Source: an uncultured bacterium (GTDB taxonomy: Bacteria > UBP4 > UBA4092). Taken from it: 64,000 bases of DNA. A program made the position numbers and the translations under genes. The stretch covers positions 248,001-312,000 of the forward strand of contig CAZXWN010000002.1 in NCBI GenBank assembly GCA_964644695.1. Direction: 5' to 3'. How positions within the stretch are numbered: the stretch's first letter is position 1; every line of letters begins with the position of its first letter. The notes under the pieces were generated by a model, which was not told where the DNA came from, did no database searches, and saw only the letters and a list, made by a program, of their open reading frames with translations. Shown here piece by piece: positions 57,095-64,000 of the stretch.

Positions 57095-58252
57095 TTAGAA
57101 ATCTTCTTTCAATGTTTTTTCTAAAAACCGAATTATTCGTGCATTATCTTCGGGAGTGATTTTGTGATTCTCTCGATTTGTCATACCGATTCGATGTGAA
57201 TAACCCATTACTTGATAAACTTCGCCTACACGGTTCAATGGTCTCCATTGGCGAGGTTTGTCACAACTTCCCCCAGATACCAGGAAGGGTCTGGGGGCCA
57301 TTAATGCCAATAATTCATGTAAATCATGGTTTTCTTCCCACAGTTTTTTATATGCACTAAACCGCTTTATTTCAGGAGTAATTCTTTTATTTGCTTCCTC
57401 ATTTCGTCCCGGTTCCCATCCTAAATACCAGGATTCCCAGTAATTTGTATCTGGATGCGATTCATCCCAGACAATCCCTGGGTCGGACCATACACCGGTG
57501 GCAAATTTGTCATTCAGACATGCTGAGAACATAGCCCATTTCCCTCCCATTGAGTGGCCAACGACGCCGATTCGGTTTGACTTGACCTGGGGCATTTGTC
57601 TTAACAGTGTATTCATATTTGCAGAAATATATGCCATAAAATTCAAAGGTTGAAGAGTAGGGTGTTCTCTGTCTGGGTACAGGATGTTTTCTCTGATGTC
57701 CTGAGGTGTCCCGATACACAAGGCTACTATGCCTCTTTGTGCTAGTTGATAGCCAAAATCAATTTCATTACGGCGTGATTCATCCAGTCCTGCTCCCGGT
57801 TCAGGACGATAGTATAAATCCAAAACTGCAGGGAAGGGTCCTTTTCCCTGTGGAACTAATAGATAGGCCTCCATAAAAAGACCTGGCGCATATTCAACCT
57901 GAATCTTATTACGGGTGAAGGATTCTGTTGTTTCACTGGACAGTATCTTCCACTCGGGGTGGTCAATCAATTGAGGCCATTCACCCATAACCCTCATCCA
58001 ATATTGACGGATGTCCTGTCGTTTTCTCTCCCATTCTTCAGAGGTTGTGATAAGTGTCCCGTCAGATTTTTTTAACAAGGAGGAGTAATCACCAAAATCA
58101 CCTGAATATTCGGGGATAGGAGAAAAGTAGTTAAATACATCGTCCATATAAGTTACCTGTTTCGTTGAAGATTGAATCCAGAGAGTCGTTTCCTGGGTTG
58201 TATTTTTGTGTTGAATATTAGTTTGCTGAGCTTCAGTACAGGGATAGTCCAT
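57095..58252 (-). CDS. Alpha/beta-hydrolase (dienelactone hydrolase / glucuronoyl-esterase-like)
   Basis: GVVGHSMGGK nucleophile elbow, GPFPAVL, ELLALMAPRP. Confidence 0.8.
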   Translation of the reverse strand: MDYPCTEAQQTNIQHKNTTQETTLWIQSSTKQVTYMDDVFNYFSPIPEYSGDFGDYSSLLKKSDGTLITTSEEWERKRQDIRQYWMRVMGEWPQLIDHPEWKILSSETTESFTRNKIQVEYAPGLFMEAYLLVPQGKGPFPAVLDLYYRPEPGAGLDESRRNEIDFGYQLAQRGIVALCIGTPQDIRENILYPDREHPTLQPLNFMAYISANMNTLLRQMPQVKSNRIGVVGHSMGGKWAMFSACLNDKFATGVWSDPGIVWDESHPDTNYWESWYLGWEPGRNEEANKRITPEIKRFSAYKKLWEENHDLHELLALMAPRPFLVSGGSCDKPRQWRPLNRVGEVYQVMGYSHRIGMTNRENHKITPEDNARIIRFLEKTLKEDF

Positions 58253-58270
58253 TTTTATCTTTTCTTGGGT

Positions 58271-59194
58271 TTATTTATTAAAGATTTCTTCCATATATCG
58301 CGAATATAGATTGCGAGCTGCCTGATAACATGAATTAGGACTCATGAAGTGAGAAAACTCGAAAGTGATTTGTTTCTCAACATATGGATCGGCAATTTCC
58401 ATTTTCTTCTTTAATAGTCGCCAATCCATGGGGGGGAACTTGATATGACACTCTCTCCAGAAACATTCTACATTATTCCATTGCGTTCTCTTCAGGTCTT
58501 TCAGAAGTGCATGGGTGGTTTTAATGTATTCCTCTAATTCGAAAAGAGGATATCCTGGTTGTGTGAAATTACATGACCCATCTTGAAATGCCACAATATC
58601 AATACCTGGTGATTGGCTGAGAATTTTATACCAATCATCGCTAAATTTTTTCATTCGGTCCGATGGGGTGTCACTGGAATAATTCCATGATGGATAATAA
58701 GGTGAAATAAGAACTGGTTTTTGCGGTGTCAGCTCTTTCATTCGGTCACTTAGCCGTTTAAATATTTCGACATAACAAGGCGCTGCCACAGGACCTTCCG
58801 GTGCGACATACCATCCTTTAAAGGCAGGGTGAGAACCGTAGCGATTCATTAACTCATTAAGGACTTTCTGATTAATGTCCCAGTCGTGTTTATAATCTCC
58901 TGTGCGGTCCAGAAGTCCAGAATCATAACAACCCAGGTAAAAATCAATGTTGCGTTTAGCTGATTCCTCCAGGAATAACTGGATAAGGTCAGGAGTGCAT
59001 CCTTTAAAAGGAGTCTCTGCCACCTCGGTGGGGTAGGCCCACATCTCCCGGTATCCGCATCGGATGAGAATAAGAGTATCAATTCCAGAGGCTGAGAATG
59101 TATCAAATTCTTTTTTCCACTCGGAGATTCCCCAATTCTGGGAAGGAATATCACAGGTGATTTCATCAATAAACGTTCCAGAAATAGGCTTCAT
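58271..59194 (-). CDS. DUF4434 / TIM-barrel glycoside-hydrolase-like protein
   Basis: GTFIDEIT.DIPSQNWG, FKGWYVAPE, IVAFQDG, W.NVE.F, TFEFSHFMSPNS. Start placed at ATG 59194. Confidence 0.8.
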   Translation of the reverse strand: MKPISGTFIDEITCDIPSQNWGISEWKKEFDTFSASGIDTLILIRCGYREMWAYPTEVAETPFKGCTPDLIQLFLEESAKRNIDFYLGCYDSGLLDRTGDYKHDWDINQKVLNELMNRYGSHPAFKGWYVAPEGPVAAPCYVEIFKRLSDRMKELTPQKPVLISPYYPSWNYSSDTPSDRMKKFSDDWYKILSQSPGIDIVAFQDGSCNFTQPGYPLFELEEYIKTTHALLKDLKRTQWNNVECFWRECHIKFPPMDWRLLKKKMEIADPYVEKQITFEFSHFMSPNSCYQAARNLYSRYMEEIFNK

Positions 59195-59221
59195 ATAGTG
59201 TCCCTCACGCCTTAATAAAAT

Positions 59222-59250
59222 AAAAGCGCCTCTCATGAGAAAGGCGCTTT
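59222..59250 (-). terminator. Probable intrinsic terminator
   Basis: AAAGCGCCT...AGGCGCTTT hairpin with a T-tract on the minus strand. Confidence 0.6.
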
Positions 59251-59265
59251 CAGGATTAACTTAGT

Positions 59266-60303
59266 TTAGAGAACACCCCAGTCTAGTACAAATCCTAGAG
59301 CAGGTTTTCCATTCACTACCTGGTCATAAGCTTCAGTGGCTTTATCAATAGGATAACGACCAGAAACCAGCTTCGACAAATTTAATTTACCTGAGGCGAT
59401 TAACCGGAGAGACTCCTCCACATTTCTTCCTTCGGTCCAACGGATATACTGGTAGGGATAATCATACCCGTCCTTCTCATAGCCAGGGTCATATCGACCA
59501 GGGCCACCTGCACGCGAAATCGTGACCGTAGCCTCTTTCATGAAGAAGGGTTCTCTTGAAATGTGAATGTCTAAAACACCGACTACAATAATTTGTCCCC
59601 CGCGGCGGACTTGCTGGAGAGCTTGTTCCATTGGATCTGCAGAACGAGTACTCATACATAAATAAACCTTATCAGCACCAATATTATGAGTTATATCTGC
59701 AACTGCCTCGTTTAATTGGTCTGGACTGACTGCCAGATAATCAGCATTTTCTGGGACAGACTCTTTAAACAGGTTTAGTCTGGATGCCTCGAAATCTGAG
59801 ACAATGACTCTGCATCCAGTCAGCAATGCCATCTGTGCACAGAGATTTCCAATCAAACCCATACCTGAAACAACACATATTTCACCAAGTGTGGGATGTC
59901 CTTGCCGAAGCCCGTGCATGGCAATTGCACCTAAACCACAGAATGTGGCTGACTCATTACTGCAATTATCCGGGATCGGGTAAATTAAATGCTTAGGGAC
60001 ACAAAGATACTCACTGTGTGAGACATAGGGAGCACCATAAAAAGCGACTCTTTGTCCTTTGGATAAACCCAGGTCTCCATTTACATCTTCGACAATACCT
60101 GCTCCTGTATATCCAAGACGGTTATTGGCTTGTTGAATCTGCTCCCTGGATTTACCTTTACAGGCCAAGATAATACCTCGTTCTGTCCCAGCACTGATGA
60201 TTCCATGCGTCACTCTGCATAGAGCTGCATCTTTAAATAATTCTGGTTTTGCCACTTCGGGGAAAAAAACTGAATCTGCCCCGTCCGGCATTATCGTTTT
60301 CAT
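59266..60303 (-). CDS. MDR (zinc-ADH-like) dehydrogenase
   Basis: ISAGTE, LGYTGAG, GMGLIG, GPGRYDP.YE..G.DYP..YIRWTEGRN. Confidence 0.85.
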   Translation of the reverse strand: MKTIMPDGADSVFFPEVAKPELFKDAALCRVTHGIISAGTERGIILACKGKSREQIQQANNRLGYTGAGIVEDVNGDLGLSKGQRVAFYGAPYVSHSEYLCVPKHLIYPIPDNCSNESATFCGLGAIAMHGLRQGHPTLGEICVVSGMGLIGNLCAQMALLTGCRVIVSDFEASRLNLFKESVPENADYLAVSPDQLNEAVADITHNIGADKVYLCMSTRSADPMEQALQQVRRGGQIIVVGVLDIHISREPFFMKEATVTISRAGGPGRYDPGYEKDGYDYPYQYIRWTEGRNVEESLRLIASGKLNLSKLVSGRYPIDKATEAYDQVVNGKPALGFVLDWGVL

Positions 60304-60321
60304 GACATAAGTCCTTGTTAT

Positions 60322-61491
60322 TTATTTAGTTTGTTTAAAAAGGTCTAAGCCTTCTTTAGAATCCATCATCCAGTCATAACAGAAGATACTGAATCCCGGG
60401 ATTCCTTTTCTTGTCATTAATTCCTGTTGTTCTATTACGGGAGGATGACCTGTGCCCGCATATTGGTCTGCACCCAGTTTTTGAATGGCCAATACCGGTT
60501 CTACTTTTACTTTAGATCCTTTGGGGACCGCTACCAGAACATTATCGACTTCTTTTTCAATCCCACTTATACCGTAGGCATAACTCATGGGGATGATAGT
60601 GTCCAGGAGATCGCGTTTCATCATCTCCCGCCAATTTTGGAAATGGGAATCCAGGGTGTATCGAGCTTCTGCTGGACCTGGGAAGATGGCAGCGGACAAA
60701 ACAGCCTTTGGACGAGCATTATCACGGGCTTTCTTAATTAATGCTACTGTTTTCAAAACCTGTTCTTCACGATACTCAACCCATTTTTGCCACTTGGCAT
60801 CCTTCGAATTGATTGCTACAGAGCGTGGGTCATATTTATGGATTTTTTGGAAGGCCTTGAGAGTTGCAGGATCATAGCCCCCGTCCTGGAATCCTATGGG
60901 GTATCTCACATAATCCAAATTAATTCCATCGAGAGGATATTTAGTAAGCATTTCTTTTACATACGCAGCAAGGAATTTCTGGACTTCCGGATTGGCCGGA
61001 TTGGCGAAGATATGGGCTTTTTCATCTTTTTCTGAAGTCTTCCCATTCCGCATAATTAATCGCCAGCTTGGGTGTTTTGTAAACAGAGGGGTTTTCGGAA
61101 ATTGTGGATAGTCTTTTGTATCCACTTCCCAGTAAAACACTTCAATCCATGCATGGACTTCAATTCCCCGTTTGTGAGCTTCTTCTATGTAGAAACGGAG
61201 ATAATCAGTCTCATTCATTTCGGGCCGAATAGGTACATAACGGCTATTCGGATAGATTGTGAACCCATGGTAAAAGGTTTCCAGATAAATGGCGTTGAAA
61301 CCCGCTTTTGCAATATTATCTATTTGGATTTTGGCCGAATCAAGAGAGGCTACGGGGCGAACCCAAACACCTCTCAAAGTTTTATCTCCAAAGGTTCTAC
61401 ATGAGTCTGACGCAGATGTGGTGGCACTGGCCAGGCTGATTAGGCATGACAAGGCCAAAAGGATAGCAATGGTTTTAGCTAGTAATTTCAT
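60322..61491 (-). CDS. Secreted glycoside hydrolase-like family 10 (YddW-like)
   Basis: Signal peptide; RGVW, EAHKRGIEVHAW, NPANPEVQ, DGINLDYVRYP. Start placed at ATG 61491 after AAGGAG. Confidence 0.85.
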   Translation of the reverse strand: MKLLAKTIAILLALSCLISLASATTSASDSCRTFGDKTLRGVWVRPVASLDSAKIQIDNIAKAGFNAIYLETFYHGFTIYPNSRYVPIRPEMNETDYLRFYIEEAHKRGIEVHAWIEVFYWEVDTKDYPQFPKTPLFTKHPSWRLIMRNGKTSEKDEKAHIFANPANPEVQKFLAAYVKEMLTKYPLDGINLDYVRYPIGFQDGGYDPATLKAFQKIHKYDPRSVAINSKDAKWQKWVEYREEQVLKTVALIKKARDNARPKAVLSAAIFPGPAEARYTLDSHFQNWREMMKRDLLDTIIPMSYAYGISGIEKEVDNVLVAVPKGSKVKVEPVLAIQKLGADQYAGTGHPPVIEQQELMTRKGIPGFSIFCYDWMMDSKEGLDLFKQTK

Positions 61492-61622
61492 GGGATGACT
61501 CCTTCTGGTTTGATTGTGTCTGGATACTAGATTTCTCATTAAGTTAACAAAGCCTGACAATTTTCTCAATCGAAAAGATATTACAAATCAATGATGAAAA
61601 TTGCATGAACCAAGGTATCTAG

Positions 61623-62696
61623 TTATTTTTTCCAATCAGACATGTTTTGTTTGATGAAATCATCATCCGTTAACCATGAATGTTCTCTGTAAATTCGGTC
61701 GATTTCTTCAGATTGTCCTGGAGAAAGAACCTCATCCGGATTTAAACAATAGTTGGTCGGCAGGAGTCCCTGACGGCGTAGTACTTCATTGATGCCGGGA
61801 ATACACCCTTTGAAACTATGCGCTGCATCAAAGACTACGGCATTTGCATCCGTATAAGCAGCATTTCTTTCCAGCCATTCAACAGGGATATCACGTCCTG
61901 TTTCCGTAAGCTGGTGAATGGCTGACAATAGTTCCACAGCAGTTCTTGTCCATACTGCCCACTGCCCCAGTAGTCCGCCTTTAATTCGCAATACTTTCAA
62001 TCCAAGAGGTGTATCAATCCTGTAAGGAGTTAACAGGTCCATGATAATGTTGTCGTCATTCCCTGTATAAAGGGTGATATCTTCTTCTCGGCCAGACATA
62101 GCAACAGCGCGGACAACATCAAGTGTCTGATAACGATTAAAAGGAGCCATTTTAATCGCTACTACATTTTCGATTTCTGAGAATTGACGCCAGAATTCAT
62201 AGGGGAGTATCCGCCCACCCACTGCTGGTTGGAGATAAAAACCAATTAAAGGCATAACATTGGATACTTCTTTGCAGTGCTGAATCAGTGTTGCATCGTC
62301 GGCATTTTTTAATGCCGCCAGACTCAGAAGGACGACATCATAACCTAGCTCTTTAGCTATTTGAGCTTCTTTGACGGCTTGTTCAGTTTTGCCGCAGACA
62401 CCCACAACTTTTATGATAGGTCGATTGTATTGATTCTCGAGTTCTTTTAATTCAATTGCTGCCAGTTCAAGTAAAGGTTGGAATAAACCATGTTTACTGT
62501 CACGGATCTCAAACTGAGTTGTGTGAACTCCGACAGCAACACCACCCGCTCCGGCTGCTACATAATAACGATAAACAAGTTTCTGATATTCGATATCCCA
62601 TTGACGGTTTGCATTCAGAGCCAATGGTGATGCTGGGATAGCTGTGCCTTCTCTGAGAAGAGTGAGTTTATCGGATGATGGCATGATAAATGACAT
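61623..62696 (-). CDS. Dihydrodipicolinate synthase-family aldolase/dehydratase
   Basis: AVGVHTTQF, FYLQPAVGG, AIKMAPFNRY (Schiff-base Lys), YTGNDD. Confidence 0.9.
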   Translation of the reverse strand: MSFIMPSSDKLTLLREGTAIPASPLALNANRQWDIEYQKLVYRYYVAAGAGGVAVGVHTTQFEIRDSKHGLFQPLLELAAIELKELENQYNRPIIKVVGVCGKTEQAVKEAQIAKELGYDVVLLSLAALKNADDATLIQHCKEVSNVMPLIGFYLQPAVGGRILPYEFWRQFSEIENVVAIKMAPFNRYQTLDVVRAVAMSGREEDITLYTGNDDNIIMDLLTPYRIDTPLGLKVLRIKGGLLGQWAVWTRTAVELLSAIHQLTETGRDIPVEWLERNAAYTDANAVVFDAAHSFKGCIPGINEVLRRQGLLPTNYCLNPDEVLSPGQSEEIDRIYREHSWLTDDDFIKQNMSDWKK

Positions 62697-62708
62697 TTAT
62701 GTCTCCTG

Positions 62709-63737
62709 TTAATCTAAGAACTGACCATTAGTGACTTCAAAATGGGTAGGCTTGTCTAACAAATTTCCACCTTGATTGATCCAATCGGCCACCCATTGAA
62801 TCATTTGTTCGGGTTTGATTTTTGGGAGACCGTATAATTCTATAGAGCGGGAAGCGTTGCTCAGGTAATATGCCCCATTGTCTTTTCCTGTGAAATGGAC
62901 TTCCTTACCCAGGAGTTTCCCAAATTGTTCAGCAATATCCTTTATATGTAACAGTTCTGGCCCCGTGATGTTTAAAATTGTGGCTGGAGTTCCTGTATGT
63001 TCAAGGCCTAACAATGCACGATTACAAGCATCCCCCTGCCAAATAATATTGACATAACTGACACCCAAGTCGATTGGCTGGTTTGATATAATTTTTCGTG
63101 CGACATCAACGAGTACTCCATATCGGCAATCAATTGAATAATTCAGTCGATATAATTGTACTTTGGTCCCATGTTTTTCTGAATAATACTGGAAGATTCT
63201 TTCCCGTCCCAGACAGGAATTAGCATACTCTCCCACAGGTTCTGGAAAGTCAGATTCTTTGCTTCCACCCGATTCTGGTGTGGAAAGTGAGTAAACACAT
63301 CCCGTGGAGAATACCAGTAGATTACTCTTCTGATATCGTTCTGCAACGATGCCGGGTACAATAACATTCATCATCCATGTAAGGGGTTCAGAGCCCACAG
63401 AACCAAATTTTCTGCCTGCCATAAATATAACATTCTCAGCATCAGGAAGGGCCTGTACTTGTTGAGGGTCCATTAAATCGCAGCGGATCGTTTCAATGCC
63501 TGCATGATTTAGTTTCTCTCTGATTCCTGTTTCTGAAAAACGGGCAACCCCAATAATGCATTGGTGTGTCCCTGCTTCTTCCACGGCTCGTTTAGCCATC
63601 ATGGCTAAAGAAGGGCCCATCTTACCACCCACGCCAAGAATAAGGATGTCTCCCTTTAACCGTTTCATCATAGCAACGGTCTCAGGGTAAGGTTGAGACA
63701 AAGCGATATCTAACTCTTCTTCAGTACGAAAACTCAT
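62709..63737 (-). CDS. NAD-dependent epimerase/dehydratase (extended SDR)
   Basis: LGVGGKMG, FSTGCVY, EYANSCLGRER, RLNY. Confidence 0.9.
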   Translation of the reverse strand: MSFRTEEELDIALSQPYPETVAMMKRLKGDILILGVGGKMGPSLAMMAKRAVEEAGTHQCIIGVARFSETGIREKLNHAGIETIRCDLMDPQQVQALPDAENVIFMAGRKFGSVGSEPLTWMMNVIVPGIVAERYQKSNLLVFSTGCVYSLSTPESGGSKESDFPEPVGEYANSCLGRERIFQYYSEKHGTKVQLYRLNYSIDCRYGVLVDVARKIISNQPIDLGVSYVNIIWQGDACNRALLGLEHTGTPATILNITGPELLHIKDIAEQFGKLLGKEVHFTGKDNGAYYLSNASRSIELYGLPKIKPEQMIQWVADWINQGGNLLDKPTHFEVTNGQFLD

Positions 63738-64000
63738 GACTTTTTACCTTTTTGTAATTCGATGGCTTTTTTAGCTTTTTTCCAACCGGTCCAGATCATC
63801 ATCAATGCAAAGAAGATAATGAATCCGGCGACAAAAAGAATATGCTGTCGTCCGGCCCAGGTGTTTGGCAAAAGTAATAATAACAACAGGAATAAACCAA
63901 TAGGAAGCGATACCCAGCCAACGAACTGCAGTTGTTTGGGGTCATTGGCATGGCCCACTTCTTTTTCGAAATCAACAGGTGTATGCATTCTCTTATAGAA
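63734..64000 (-). CDS. C-terminal fragment of a membrane transporter (probably sodium:solute symporter); gene starts beyond the window
   Basis: Frame is open to the window edge; TPVDFEKEVG..ND..QL followed by two TM helices; ATGA overlap with the epimerase. Confidence 0.6.
   Translation of the reverse strand, partial: FYKRMHTPVDFEKEVGHANDPKQLQFVGWVSLPIGLFLLLLLLLPNTWAGRQHILFVAGFIIFFALMMIWTGWKKAKKAIELQKGKKS

Overview
A gene-dense bacterial chromosomal window, probably from an anaerobic, glycan-degrading organism (lineage not assignable by eye). Housekeeping blocks are rimP-nusA-infB-DUF503-rbfA-nrnA-truB-rpsO-pnp-M16 peptidase, SRP RNA-dnaX-ybaB-recR, korAB, asd, malic enzyme, crcB-DUF190, PTS IIC/IID-HPr-EI and argH. 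Accessory genes include a heparinase II/III-type lyase, a GH18, a solitary AT-rich type IIG restriction-modification enzyme, three Gfo/Idh/MocA oxidoreductases and a sugar-catabolic block at the right end. The best candidate for an undescribed system is the operon at 35.8-40.3 kb. It holds a small unknown protein, a SelA/DgaE-like PLP enzyme, RidA, a 77-aa protein resembling a free-standing aminomutase dimerisation domain, and a 607-aa cobalamin protein. The last resembles lysine 5,6-/ornithine 4,5-aminomutase but has rearranged domains and lacks the usual PLP-lysine loop. Other notable items are a class III ribonucleotide-reductase paralogue with two ATP cones and no catalytic motifs, an AraC-linked pair of QueG/reductive-dehalogenase-like proteins, four dispersed 45-bp palindromic repeats with covarying arms, a ~200-nt structured leader before korA, a ~190-nt extended SRP RNA and a 111-bp tandem repeat inside infB. 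All family calls rest on motif recognition from memory; no database searches were run.
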